A stretch of 40,207 nucleotides of DNA, taken from the sequence record SRR20825019_739, one strand, 5' to 3'. Positions 10,681-21,559 of the stretch are shown here, one piece after another. Every line of letters begins with the position of its first letter. Position 1 is the stretch's first letter. The notes under the pieces are model-generated. The model was not told the origin of the DNA. It saw nothing but the letters and a program-made list of their open reading frames with translations, and did not search any database. The position numbers and the translations under genes are program-made.

Positions 10681-11766
10681 TTAGGCGGATTGGGCCTGTT
10701 CGCTGAATTTGTCCAGATGAGCGGCGCGATAAGTCAGAATGTCATCGAGAATGGATTCGAACAACTCGACCAGCGTTGGGTCGAAATGCTTACCTTTTTG
10801 CTGTCGTAGGAAGGCCACCGCTTCCTCGACTGGCCAGGCCTTTTTGTAGGGCCGCTCTGAAGTCAGCGCATCAAACACATCACAGATGGCACAGATACGT
10901 CCCTCAATCGGAATCGCTTTACCCTTGAGTCCCTGCGGATAGCCACTGCCGTCCCACTTTTCATGGTGGCTGAGTGCGATATTGCGTGCCATCACCAGCA
11001 GTGGGATATCGGTACCGTCGAGTAAATCGGCGCCGATATTGACATGGGTTTTCATGATTTCCCATTCATCCGGATTCAGTTTCCCCGGTTTTAACAGGAT
11101 GTGATCGGGGATGCCGATTTTGCCGATGTCATGCATCGGTGCAGCCAGCAGAATATTATCTGCCTGTTCACGACTCAATCCGGCTGCTTTAGCCAGGATA
11201 TGGGCGAAATGACTCATACGCAGGATATGATTGCCGGTTTCGTTATCCTTGTATTCCGCGGCACGACCCAGTCTTTTAATGATTTCCAGCCGGCTCTGTT
11301 CCACCTGTTGGGTGCGTTGGCGGACCTGCTGCTCCAGCGTTTCATTCTGGAGGCGAATCTGTTTATGCAGTAATCGCACTTCCAGCATGTTATGAATACG
11401 TTGTAATACTTCAGACTGGTTGAACGGTTTGGTTATGAAATCCTTGGCGCCGCTGCTCAGGGCCCGCTCACGGGTCTGGCTGGTCAGCTCAGCGGTGACA
11501 ACGAGCACGGGCAGGTAATCATTTTCAATCTCGGCCTGAAGTTGGGACATGACTTCGAAACCGTCCATCTCAGGCATACGGATATCAAGCAGGATAAGAT
11601 CAATTTCATTATCGAAATAGAGGGTTTTGACTTCCGACGGCCGAGTGGTTGAAAAAATCGAGGCAAAACCGGCCTGACGTAACATCTTTTCCAGCAGTTT
11701 GATGTTCACCAGTTGATCATCAACCAGCAGAATGTTGGCGTTGAGAATCTCTTGCTTAGATATCAT
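10681..11766 (-). CDS. Response regulator with HD-GYP c-di-GMP phosphodiesterase domain (RpfG-like)
   Basis: REC domain (LLVDD, LLDIRMP, KPF) followed by HDIGKIGIPD, HHEKWDGSGYP, DVFDALTSERPYK. Confidence 0.94.
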   Translation of the reverse strand: MISKQEILNANILLVDDQLVNIKLLEKMLRQAGFASIFSTTRPSEVKTLYFDNEIDLILLDIRMPEMDGFEVMSQLQAEIENDYLPVLVVTAELTSQTRERALSSGAKDFITKPFNQSEVLQRIHNMLEVRLLHKQIRLQNETLEQQVRQRTQQVEQSRLEIIKRLGRAAEYKDNETGNHILRMSHFAHILAKAAGLSREQADNILLAAPMHDIGKIGIPDHILLKPGKLNPDEWEIMKTHVNIGADLLDGTDIPLLVMARNIALSHHEKWDGSGYPQGLKGKAIPIEGRICAICDVFDALTSERPYKKAWPVEEAVAFLRQQKGKHFDPTLVELFESILDDILTYRAAHLDKFSEQAQSA

Positions 11767-11832
11767 GACAGGCAGTTATTCGTTTGATCACAGGCGCACC
11801 CCGGCAACAACTCAATGACTATCTTATCCAGT

Positions 11833-11859
11833 TAATCGGCAGAAATGCCAACAGCTTGA
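11833..11859 (-). promoter_or_regulatory. Putative sigma28 (FliA) promoter of the HD-GYP gene
   Basis: Minus strand TCAAG-N14-GCCGATTA, one mismatch to the Pseudomonas-type consensus TCAAG-N14-GCCGATAA, in the ispB/HD-GYP gap. Confidence 0.65.
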
Positions 11860-11860
11860 A

Positions 11861-12829
11861 TCAGTAGTCCCGATTGACTGAAAAATCTGCCAGCCCCAGC
11901 AAGGCCTGTTTGTAATCACTGTCGGGCAGCACATCCAGTGCGGCCTTGGCGTGGGCTACTTCATTGGAAGCGGCGCGGGCCGTGTAATCAATGGCACCGG
12001 TTTCATTAATGATTCGGACAATCTCGTCAATGCGATCCCGCTCACCATTTTCGATCGCCTGGCGAATAATGGTTGCCTGTGCCTCATTGCCCTGACGCAT
12101 GGCATAAATCAATGGCAGGGTGGGCTTGCCTTCGGCCAGATCATCTCCGATGTTCTTACCGATAGTTTCGCTGGACTGGCTGTAGTCGAGCAAATCGTCA
12201 ACCAGTTGGAATGCGCTGCCCAGGTGCATGGCATAAAGCGACATGGCCTGTTCGATTTCTTGCGAAGCATGGCAGATAACCGCGCCGAGCTGACCGGCGG
12301 CTTCAAACAGTTTGGCGGTTTTATGATGGATGACTTCCAGGTAGCGGGCCTCGGTGGTGTCGGCATCATGACAGTTAAGCAGTTGCAGCACTTCACCTTC
12401 TGCGATGATATTGGTGGTGTGAGACAGGATCTGCATCAGCCGCATCGAATCCATTTCCACCATCATTTCGAATGAACGGGTATAGAGAAAGTCACCGACC
12501 AGAACACTGGCCTCATTGCCCCAGAGATTATTGGCAGTCTCCTGACCGCGGCGCATTTCGGAATTATCAACCACATCGTCATGCAGCAACGTCGCAGTGT
12601 GAATAAATTCAATAATCGTGGCCAGATTGATGTGTTTATCGCTCTGATAGCCGCAGGCCCTGGCACTGAGAATAGCAATCGCAGGACGCAGCCGTTTACC
12701 GCCACTGTTGATGATGTAGAAGCCGAGTTGGTTAATCAGCGCTACGTCCGATTGCAGCCGGGATTGAATCAGCTTATCGACCGATGCCAAGTCGTCCTGA
12801 ATCAGAGAATAGATGGATTGAATATCCAC
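11861..12829 (-). CDS. ispB: Octaprenyl-diphosphate synthase
   Basis: GGKRLRP, LLHDDVVD, FQLVDDLLD, DDLAEGKPTLP; divergent from rplU as in many gammaproteobacteria. Confidence 0.96.
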   Translation of the reverse strand: MDIQSIYSLIQDDLASVDKLIQSRLQSDVALINQLGFYIINSGGKRLRPAIAILSARACGYQSDKHINLATIIEFIHTATLLHDDVVDNSEMRRGQETANNLWGNEASVLVGDFLYTRSFEMMVEMDSMRLMQILSHTTNIIAEGEVLQLLNCHDADTTEARYLEVIHHKTAKLFEAAGQLGAVICHASQEIEQAMSLYAMHLGSAFQLVDDLLDYSQSSETIGKNIGDDLAEGKPTLPLIYAMRQGNEAQATIIRQAIENGERDRIDEIVRIINETGAIDYTARAASNEVAHAKAALDVLPDSDYKQALLGLADFSVNRDY

Positions 12830-12958
12830 AGTGCAAAAATCTGCCTATAATATGTTTGAAAACGCGTACTTTCTCATGCACGGGGCATGCGCGCAAATAT
12901 TAAAACCATGCGGATTTCACCGCAAATCATGAAGATCAGCATACCCTGATATTGAGAT

Positions 12959-12987
12959 TTGATCTCCTATTAGAAAGGCGCTACAAT
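12959..12987 (+). promoter_or_regulatory. Putative sigma70 promoter of rplU-rpmA
   Basis: TTGATC-N17-TACAAT followed by GC-rich discriminator TGCCGG. Confidence 0.65.
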
Positions 12988-13039
12988 TGCCGGTCTTTTG
13001 TTGGGCAACCTGCATTAACACATTATTTTGGAGACAGCG

Positions 13040-13351
13040 ATGTACGCTATTGTCGCGACAGGCGGTAAACAATACCGGGTCAAAGAGGGCGAAAAGCTCC
13101 GCGTTGAGAAACTGAATGCTGAAGCCGGTGATACGGTTGAGCTGGATAAAGTACTGCTGGTAGGCGAAGGCGAAGACGTCAAAGTCGGCGCGCCTTACCT
13201 GGATGGCGCCAAAGTGACAGCTAAAGTGGCTGCCAACGGTCGTGGCGACAAGGTCAAAATCATCAAATTCAAACGCCGTAAGCACCACGAGAAACAGATG
13301 GGGCACCGTCAGGCATACACTGAAATCGAAATCACAGGCATCTCAGCCTAA
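13040..13351 (+). CDS. rplU: 50S ribosomal protein L21
   Basis: [17 protein letters not shown] ... [18 protein letters not shown]. Confidence 0.98.
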   Translation: MYAIVATGGKQYRVKEGEKLRVEKLNAEAGDTVELDKVLLVGEGEDVKVGAPYLDGAKVTAKVAANGRGDKVKIIKFKRRKHHEKQMGHRQAYTEIEITGISA

Positions 13352-13374
13352 GATTGTTTTAGAGAGGTTTAATC

Positions 13375-13632
13375 ATGGCTCATAAGAAAGCTGGTGGTAG
13401 TACACGTAACGGCCGCGATTCCGAGAGTAAACGTCTTGGCGTAAAACGCTACGGCGGTGAACTGGTTGTCGGCGGTAACATTCTTGTTCGTCAACGTGGT
13501 ACCCGTTACCACGCTGGACGCAATGTTGGTATCGGTAAAGACCATACATTGTTTGCAACGGCTGAAGGTAAAGTGTTGTTTGAGACCAAAGGTCCACAAC
13601 AACGCATGTTTGTCAGTGTCGTTGCTGACTAA
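13375..13632 (+). CDS. rpmA: 50S ribosomal protein L27
   Basis: [16 protein letters not shown] ... RQRGT ... DHTLFA. Confidence 0.99.
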   Translation: MAHKKAGGSTRNGRDSESKRLGVKRYGGELVVGGNILVRQRGTRYHAGRNVGIGKDHTLFATAEGKVLFETKGPQQRMFVSVVAD

Positions 13633-13665
13633 AACAGTTTGTTAGCCCGTTGGGGCAAACAGCCG

Positions 13666-14785
<1,120 letters not shown>

Positions 14786-14791
14786 CAAGTC

Positions 14792-15922
14792 GTGACCGAA
14801 CCCCACCAGCAGCTCATTCATACCAAACGCTGGGTCATCAAGATAGGCAGCGCTTTGCTGACCCGAGTTGGTGAGGGACTCGATATTGAGCGTATTCGCT
14901 GGCTCAGCGGCGAAATTGCCGAACTACGTCGTCAGGGCAAGGAAGTCGTGCTGGTGACATCCGGTTCGGTCGCCGCCGGTATGCAGCGGCTGGGCTGGCA
15001 GCGTCGTCCCCATGAAATACATAAACTACAGGCGGCTGCCAGTGTCGGCCAGATGGGCCTGGTCAATGCCTATGCCACTGAATGCAGCAAGCATGGTATC
15101 CAGACTGCCCAGATTCTGCTCACTCATTCCGATCTCTCTGACCGCGTTCGTCACCTGAATGCCCGCAGTGCTCTGCATACCCTGCTCGAGCTGGGGATTC
15201 TGCCGGTGGTCAATGAAAATGACACGATTGCCACTGAAGAGATTCGTTTCGGCGATAACGATACCTTAGCCGCGATGACTGCCAATCTGGTTGAGGCTGA
15301 TGTATTGGTGATCCTGACGGATCAGGACGGGTTGTTTGATTCCGATCCCAGAGCCAATCCCGATGCCCGGATGATCGCGGCTTCAGCCGCCAGTAATCCG
15401 GCGCTGGATCAAATGGCCGGAGACAGCAAAGGCGAACTGGGGCGGGGCGGAATGACAACAAAATTACTGGCTGCTCGCCGCGCTGCCCGCTCCGGGGCTT
15501 ATACCGTGATTTTATCGGGTAAATATCCTGATAATCTGCGTCATCTTGCTGCCGGTAATGGCGTCGGCACCTTGTTGTGGCCTGATAACAAACCCATCAA
15601 AGCACGACAGCAGTGGCTGGTGGGGCATCTGATTCCCAAGGGGCAGATTGTGCTGGATGATGGCGCTGTTGCTGTGATCCGGGAAAAAGGCCGCAGTGTA
15701 TTGCCGGTTGGCGTGAAGCATGTCGAAGGTGAGTTTACCCGGGGCGAACTGGTTATTTGCCGGGATTTACAGGGAAATGAAATTGCCCGTGGTTTGAGTA
15801 ACTACAGTGCAGATGAAGCGAACCTGATTAAAGGGCATGCCAGTGCCGAGATTGAAGCCTTGCTCGGCTACGTTGATGAACCGGAACTCATTCACCGCGA
15901 TAATCTGGTGGTAAGCAACTAA
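14792..15922 (+). CDS. proB: Glutamate 5-kinase
   Basis: [33 protein letters not shown]-terminal PUA domain. Confidence 0.97.
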   Translation: MTEPHQQLIHTKRWVIKIGSALLTRVGEGLDIERIRWLSGEIAELRRQGKEVVLVTSGSVAAGMQRLGWQRRPHEIHKLQAAASVGQMGLVNAYATECSKHGIQTAQILLTHSDLSDRVRHLNARSALHTLLELGILPVVNENDTIATEEIRFGDNDTLAAMTANLVEADVLVILTDQDGLFDSDPRANPDARMIAASAASNPALDQMAGDSKGELGRGGMTTKLLAARRAARSGAYTVILSGKYPDNLRHLAAGNGVGTLLWPDNKPIKARQQWLVGHLIPKGQIVLDDGAVAVIREKGRSVLPVGVKHVEGEFTRGELVICRDLQGNEIARGLSNYSADEANLIKGHASAEIEALLGYVDEPELIHRDNLVVSN

Positions 15923-15934
15923 AATTCCAGGCAT

Positions 15935-15963
15935 AAAAAAACCGGCTTCGGGCCGGTTTTTTT
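15935..15963. terminator. Bidirectional terminator between proB and rpsT
   Basis: A7-CCGGC-TTCGG-GCCGG-T7 between convergent genes. Confidence 0.9.
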
Positions 15964-15982
15964 AAAGCGTTAAAGCTCTGTA

Positions 15983-16243
15983 TTACATTGCGCGAACAGC
16001 GTTGTTCAAACGGCTTTTACCGCGAGCAGCAGTATTCTTGTGAATAATGCCTTTACGTGCCATGCGATCCAGTTGAGGTACAGCAGCTTGGAAAGCAGCA
16101 ACAGCTTGTTCTTTATCACCAGCTGCAATTGCTTTTCTCAGTGCTTTGATGCTGGTACGCATCGCTGAACGTTGGCTGGCGTTGCGCTGACGGTGTACTT
16201 CCGCTTGACGCGCGCGTTTTCTTGCTTGTGCCGAGTTTGCCAA
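15983..16243 (-). CDS. rpsT: 30S ribosomal protein S20
   Basis: [13 protein letters not shown] ... [16 protein letters not shown] start with AGGAG RBS. Confidence 0.98.
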   Translation of the reverse strand: MANSAQARKRARQAEVHRQRNASQRSAMRTSIKALRKAIAAGDKEQAVAAFQAAVPQLDRMARKGIIHKNTAARGKSRLNNAVRAM

Positions 16244-16289
16244 AGTGCTTCTCCTAAAAATTCAGCTATCAATAATTGATGAACCCGCC

Positions 16290-16318
16290 ATTATCCTGAT
16301 TTTCATATCCTTTGTAAA
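16290..16318 (-). promoter_or_regulatory. Putative sigma70 promoter of rpsT
   Basis: TTTACA-N17-GATAAT followed by GC-rich discriminator GGCGGG; back-to-back with an extended -10 (TGG-TATGAT, 16319-16327) facing xth. Confidence 0.6.
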
Positions 16319-16353
16319 TGGTATGATGTGAAAATTTTCTGACAGGGGTAAGC

Positions 16354-17145
16354 ATGCGCATTATAACCGTCAATGTGAATGGGATCAGGGCTGCGGCACG
16401 TAAAGGTTTCTTTGACTGGCTGTTAAAGCAGAACGCCGATGTGGTCTGCATTCAGGAAACCAAAGCGCAGATTCATCAACTGGAAGATAAAGTCTTCCTG
16501 CCTGAGGGCTATCACTGCTATTACCATGATGCGGAACGCAAGGGTTACAGTGGTGTTGCCCTCTATTGCAGACATGAGCCTGATGAAGTGATTGTGGGTA
16601 TGGATAAGCCCGAATTTGATGCTGAAGGCCGCTATATTGAGGCGCGTTTTGGTAAGTTAAGTGTGATTTCTTTGTATTTACCGTCCGGTTCATCTAAAGA
16701 AGAGCGCCAGCAGGTCAAATACCGCTGCATGGATTTTTTTGAACAAAAAATGCAGAAAATGAAAGACTCCGGCCGTGACTATGTGATTACCGGCGATTGG
16801 AACATCGCGCACAAAAACGAAGACATCCGTAACTGGAAAGCCAACCAGAAAAACTCCGGTTTCCTGCCGGAAGAACGGGCCTGGCTTGATAAGCTGTTTG
16901 ATGAGATGGGCTTTATTGACGCTTTCCGCGAACTGCCACAGCAGGAGCATGAATACACCTGGTGGTCGAATCGAGGCCGTGCCTGGGATAACAACGTGGG
17001 ATGGCGGATTGACTACCACGTGCTGTCACCGTCGATGAAAGGCACCGTCAAAGCGACGGAGATCTATAAGGATGAGCGCTTTTCAGATCACGCACCGCTG
17101 ACCATCGATTACGACTACGACATCGAGTCAGGCTCAGCCGAATGA
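16354..17145 (+). CDS. xth: Exodeoxyribonuclease III / AP endonuclease family protein
   Basis: NVNGIRA, QETK, GYSGVA, EGR, GDWNIAH, YTWWS, GWRIDY, SDHAP. A Crc-like paralog cannot be fully excluded. Confidence 0.88.
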   Translation: MRIITVNVNGIRAAARKGFFDWLLKQNADVVCIQETKAQIHQLEDKVFLPEGYHCYYHDAERKGYSGVALYCRHEPDEVIVGMDKPEFDAEGRYIEARFGKLSVISLYLPSGSSKEERQQVKYRCMDFFEQKMQKMKDSGRDYVITGDWNIAHKNEDIRNWKANQKNSGFLPEERAWLDKLFDEMGFIDAFRELPQQEHEYTWWSNRGRAWDNNVGWRIDYHVLSPSMKGTVKATEIYKDERFSDHAPLTIDYDYDIESGSAE

Positions 17146-18161
17146 ATAATCGGTTTGAACATGCGGCGATACTGACTGGGTGACAACCCGGTTCTTCGTT
17201 TAAACAGGCGACGAAAAAAAGAGGCATCTTCATAGCCGATATCAATGCTGATCTCATCAACCGGAAGCTGAGTTTGCTCAAGCTGACGTTTCGCTGCCTC
17301 AATGCGAACATTTTGCAGATAATCAATTAACGTCGAACCCGTAGCATTTTTGAATCTACGTTTAAGGGTTCGGGGTGGAATATTTGCCTGATCCAGCGTG
17401 ACTTGAATGGCATGACTGTTTTTGTAGTGACGCTTCAGTGCATCTTCACACTCAGCAACCAAGTGATCACTATGCCGGTTATTTCTTAACAGGGAATGAT
17501 AGGGCAACTGCCCTTCATCATGCCATTTAAGTAAATAGACCTGAGCAATTCTGACTGCTTCAGCCGGACTTACATGTTTTGAGATGATGTAAATAGCCAG
17601 ATCATGCCATGACGTGGTGCCACCGGCAGTTACTATTTTTCCAGCGCTGTCTGCGATAACCAGATTGGGCTCCGGCTTGAACCTGACTTTGGGATAGTGC
17701 TTGCGGAAAAGGTCCTGATATCCCCAGTGTGATGTGGCTTGACATTCATCAAGCAGCCCCGTTTCAGCCAGCATGACAGCGCCGGAACAGGCGGAATAAA
17801 TATAAACACCCGCTTCATACTGTTGTTTTATCCACTGGACCAGTGTCGGATAGCGACCTGTGAATGGTTCATCCGGGCCCAGCCAGATTTCAGGCAGGAT
17901 CAGGATATCCGGTTGCGTTCTGGGTTGATGATAATCTTCATCGGCTAGAACAGGAATGTTGTTGCCACAAAAAAACTGTTCGAGACCATGGGAGACGATA
18001 CTGACGGCAAAGGGCGAGGTTTCAACCCCATTTCTCGACAGTGTCTGCCAGATATTACCCGTTGCCATCAGCACGTCTTTCAGGCCATACAATGCCGAAC
18101 CGGCCGTTTCCGGTATGGCAACGATAAATACCTGTAGCGGCTTTGTTTTCAGTGATGGCAT
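17115..18161 (-). CDS. GlxA-family transcriptional regulator (DJ-1/PfpI + AraC HTH)
   Basis: SACSG..LAETGLLD..ATSHW DJ-1-type domain; RTLKRRFK, VRIEAAKRQLE, IGYEDASFFRRLFKRRTGLSPSQYR AraC signature. Confidence 0.92.
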   Translation of the reverse strand: MPSLKTKPLQVFIVAIPETAGSALYGLKDVLMATGNIWQTLSRNGVETSPFAVSIVSHGLEQFFCGNNIPVLADEDYHQPRTQPDILILPEIWLGPDEPFTGRYPTLVQWIKQQYEAGVYIYSACSGAVMLAETGLLDECQATSHWGYQDLFRKHYPKVRFKPEPNLVIADSAGKIVTAGGTTSWHDLAIYIISKHVSPAEAVRIAQVYLLKWHDEGQLPYHSLLRNNRHSDHLVAECEDALKRHYKNSHAIQVTLDQANIPPRTLKRRFKNATGSTLIDYLQNVRIEAAKRQLEQTQLPVDEISIDIGYEDASFFRRLFKRRTGLSPSQYRRMFKPIIHSAEPDSMS

Positions 18162-18269
18162 AAATGACCCGTTTTTAGGTTATTTGCATCTTATACCGAC
18201 TTAGCGCTAAGCATAATCTAAGCATGACTTCATTAATAGCTAATGAAGATGACTTTTGAGGTACATGCG

Positions 18270-19229
18270 ATGAATATCATGAACAATGCTTATCTAGATC
18301 AGGAAAGTAAATTTCCATCCAGCCATCAGTATCAACGCTGTGTGATGGCATCGAAACGAATTTCATGGCGAATTGAAGAAGATGTCATTCGGAGTAGAGA
18401 ATTCGACAGGCAGGAAAAGTTTTTGCCAGATTCTTTATCTCTGGTACAAGAGCTCAGTTTTCTGGGCCGGGCTGATCAGGTTTTTTTCAGCCAGATACAG
18501 GGGCGGACATATGCCAATATCTTTGGCCTGGTGGAACGTTTTATCAATGCCAAAGTCCTGGAGCTGGGACAACTACATGTGCTGGGCGATCAAGTCGCAC
18601 TGGAGGCACTGGTCAGGTTCAGTGATGAGGAAATCAAGCATCAGGCCCTGTTTCGTCGTATAGAAATGATGACGGCCGCGGTCATGCCCGAGGGCTATAG
18701 TTTTGCTATTGAGTCCAATGAGGTAGCACAGGCAGTTTTATCCAAATCGACCTGGGCAGTGCTTGGTCTGACTTGTCATATTGAGTTATTCACCCAGCAA
18801 CATTATCGCCAGAGTATTGCCCTCGGTGATGGCTTGTCGCCGCTATATAAAGATGTTTTTCTGTTTCACTGGAGAGAAGAATCACAACATGCCGTTCTGG
18901 ATGAGATTGAATGGCGTGAAGAAGATAAAAAACTCTCTGTTCAGCAGCGTGACGAGGCGGTTGATGATTTGATTGCGCTGGTCTCTGCCGTGGATCAGAT
19001 TCTTCAACAGCAGGCTGAAGCGGATGCCGCTTATTTTGTTTCGGCTTCATTGGCGGACTATAACGAGCAGCAGAAAAGTGCAATTAAAGTCACTTTTCTG
19101 CGTGCATACCGATGGCAATATATTGTGTCAGGCCTGAAACACACCCGCTTCATTCATATTCTGGCAGAACTGGTTAGCCAGACCCAGATGGACAGAATCA
19201 ATCAGGCACTGGCACCGTTGATGGAGTAA
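18270..19229 (+). CDS. Ferritin-like diiron protein, AurF/CmlI-like ligand pattern, function unknown
   Basis: E..EEIKH and E..HWREESQH; start placed at the ATG 8 nt after GAGG (18243 is an alternative). Confidence 0.72.
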   Translation: MNIMNNAYLDQESKFPSSHQYQRCVMASKRISWRIEEDVIRSREFDRQEKFLPDSLSLVQELSFLGRADQVFFSQIQGRTYANIFGLVERFINAKVLELGQLHVLGDQVALEALVRFSDEEIKHQALFRRIEMMTAAVMPEGYSFAIESNEVAQAVLSKSTWAVLGLTCHIELFTQQHYRQSIALGDGLSPLYKDVFLFHWREESQHAVLDEIEWREEDKKLSVQQRDEAVDDLIALVSAVDQILQQQAEADAAYFVSASLADYNEQQKSAIKVTFLRAYRWQYIVSGLKHTRFIHILAELVSQTQMDRINQALAPLME

Positions 19230-19246
19230 ATCATTTGAACGGTCAA

Positions 19247-19279
19247 TCCAAGATCCCGGCCCTGAGTCGGGATCTTGGA
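19247..19279. terminator. Strong stem-loop between the convergent diiron gene and recQ
   Basis: TCCAAGATCCCGGC-CCTGA-GTCGGGATCTTGGA, 14 bp with one G-U pair; no clear U tract. Confidence 0.7.
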
Positions 19280-19312
19280 GGCTGTTGGTAGACGGAAGAT
19301 GTTGAGAAGGCG

Positions 19313-21439
19313 TTAGTATAGTGAAGCCTGCACACAGCGGAGAATGCCATAATCGTATTGCTCATCAAGGGCCTGATAAAGGGTTTTCAGGCTTGTTGCC
19401 TGTTCACCCATAGACTCTATAGTCACGATGATTTCCTTCAGATCGGCTTCTTGCAGATCCAGCACATTTTTAATATCCAGCAGGCCGGCACTGATGCCTT
19501 CAGCCAGGTGGCTGTATACAGTACTTTGTTTGAGCTCTCGGTCGCTGGCGATTTGGATTGGACTCAGTCCCTGTTCATGCAGCAGCAGTGTCTGGTTGAC
19601 GGTATCGCTCAAGCCATTATTCAGCAGTTCGGAGAGTGGATGCTGGCGGATAATATCAACAAACTGCTGACCGTATTGCGATAGTTTCTGTTCACCAACC
19701 CCACTGATTCGGCGCATGGCCTCTAAATCCACGGGTCGATACTGACACATTTCCTGTAACGTTGCGTCGTGAAAGATGACATATGGCGGCACGCCATGGG
19801 TTTTAGCTATCTCCGCACGACACTGGCGTAATGCTTCCCACAAAGCTTCGTCCTGCGGTCGGACGGCGGTTTGTTTTTTGCCTGATTTCGCCGTTTTTTG
19901 CCGTTCCTGTTGTTTGCGCAATAGCAGCGTTTGTTCGCCACGCAGCACTGCCCGGCATTTTTCAGTCAGTTTCAGGGCGCCATAGGCATTGATATCGATA
20001 TCCAGATAACCGGTGGCAATTAACTGGCGGAAGATGCCGCGCCACTGTGTCGCATTGAGTTCGGTACCAATACCGAAGGTGCTGAGTTGATCATGCTGAT
20101 TGCTTTTAATCCGCTCATCATCATTACCCAGCAGAATATCGATCAGATAATTCACACCGAAACGCTGGCCGCTGCGAAACACGCAGGACAGGGCTTTTTG
20201 CGCGACTTCAGTGGCATCAAAATGCTCAGGCGGATTCTGGCAGTTATCACACTGGCCACATTGTTCCGGCGCTTTTTCATCGAAATAGGCGAGCAGGGCA
20301 TGACGACGGCAGGTAATGAGTTCACATAAGCCGAGCATCGCTTCCAGTTTGTGGTGCTCGACCCGCTTGATGAGGTCGGGCGCATCGGAATCCTGCATAA
20401 ACTGGCGAAGGGTAATGACATCCTGCAGGCCATAGGCCATCCAGGCATTGGCTGGCAAGCCATCGCGACCGGCGCGGCCGGTCTCCTGATAATATGCCTC
20501 GATATTTTTGGGCAGGTTGAGATGCGCGACGAAACGCACATCGGGCTTGTCGATGCCCATACCAAAAGCAATGGTCGCCACGATAATCACGCCTTCCTCG
20601 CGCAGAAAACGCTGCTGGGTATGGGCGCGTAACGCCGCCGACAAGCCGGCGTGATAGGGCAAAGCGACTCGTCCCTGCGCCTGCAGCCATTCCGCAATGG
20701 CCTCCACTTTTTTACGCGACAGGCAATACACAATGCCCGCATCTTCAGCGTGTTGACTGCTAATAAACTGCCACAGTTGCTGCTTGGCATTGCGTGCTTC
20801 GGCAATGGAATAAAAAATGTTCTGCCGATCAAAGCTGTTGAGATATACCTCGGCCTGATGCAGGTTGAGTTGCTCAATGATCTCAAGTCGGGTGCGTTTA
20901 TCGGCCGTTGCGGTGAGGGCGATTCGAGGGACCTGCGGATAACGCTCATGCAGCATCCGCAGTTGCTGATATTCAGGCCGGAAATCGTGTCCCCATTGCG
21001 AGACACAGTGCGCTTCATCAATAGCAAACAGGGCAATATACAGGCGATCCAGTACGTTCAGCATCCGCCCGCTGAGAAGACGCTCGGGCGCAACATAGAG
21101 CAAATCAATCTCACCGACTTCGAGCCGGGCTTCGACATCGCGAGCTTCAGCTGCAGACAGACTGGAGTTCAGAAAGGCAGCATTGACGCCCAGCTGTTTG
21201 AGCGCAACGACCTGATCCTGCATCAGGGCAATCAGCGGTGACACTACGACGGCAGTGCCTGAACGAACGAGCGCCGGGATCTGATAACACAGTGATTTAC
21301 CACCACCGGTGGGCATCAGCACCAGGGCATCGCCACCGGCAATCACATGCTCGACAATGTCACCCTGATTATGGCGAAATTCGTTATAGCCAAAAACATT
21401 TTGCAGCACATCCTGTGCGGTTTGTATGGCAGTATCCAT
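19313..21439 (-). CDS. recQ: ATP-dependent DNA helicase RecQ
   Basis: [39 protein letters not shown], Zn site CRR..CGQCDNC, RQC, HRDC and an additional C-terminal HTH. Confidence 0.97.
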   Translation of the reverse strand: MDTAIQTAQDVLQNVFGYNEFRHNQGDIVEHVIAGGDALVLMPTGGGKSLCYQIPALVRSGTAVVVSPLIALMQDQVVALKQLGVNAAFLNSSLSAAEARDVEARLEVGEIDLLYVAPERLLSGRMLNVLDRLYIALFAIDEAHCVSQWGHDFRPEYQQLRMLHERYPQVPRIALTATADKRTRLEIIEQLNLHQAEVYLNSFDRQNIFYSIAEARNAKQQLWQFISSQHAEDAGIVYCLSRKKVEAIAEWLQAQGRVALPYHAGLSAALRAHTQQRFLREEGVIIVATIAFGMGIDKPDVRFVAHLNLPKNIEAYYQETGRAGRDGLPANAWMAYGLQDVITLRQFMQDSDAPDLIKRVEHHKLEAMLGLCELITCRRHALLAYFDEKAPEQCGQCDNCQNPPEHFDATEVAQKALSCVFRSGQRFGVNYLIDILLGNDDERIKSNQHDQLSTFGIGTELNATQWRGIFRQLIATGYLDIDINAYGALKLTEKCRAVLRGEQTLLLRKQQERQKTAKSGKKQTAVRPQDEALWEALRQCRAEIAKTHGVPPYVIFHDATLQEMCQYRPVDLEAMRRISGVGEQKLSQYGQQFVDIIRQHPLSELLNNGLSDTVNQTLLLHEQGLSPIQIASDRELKQSTVYSHLAEGISAGLLDIKNVLDLQEADLKEIIVTIESMGEQATSLKTLYQALDEQYDYGILRCVQASLY

Positions 21440-21559
21440 AAATAGTCAGTCAATTGGCAAAGCGCCATTATGGCAAATTGCCATCAGCTTCGCATGATGC
21501 AGTCAGTGCTGCTTGAATTGCGTGCCTCAGCTCAAGCGATGAACGACGCAGTCATGCGC

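Noticed and set aside
21454..21484. TGGCA-containing repeats and palindrome ATGGCAAATTGCCAT upstream of recQ as a sigma54 promoter
   Set aside because: No convincing TGGCAC-N5-TTGC match in the recQ orientation; a CATAAT -10 is a simpler reading
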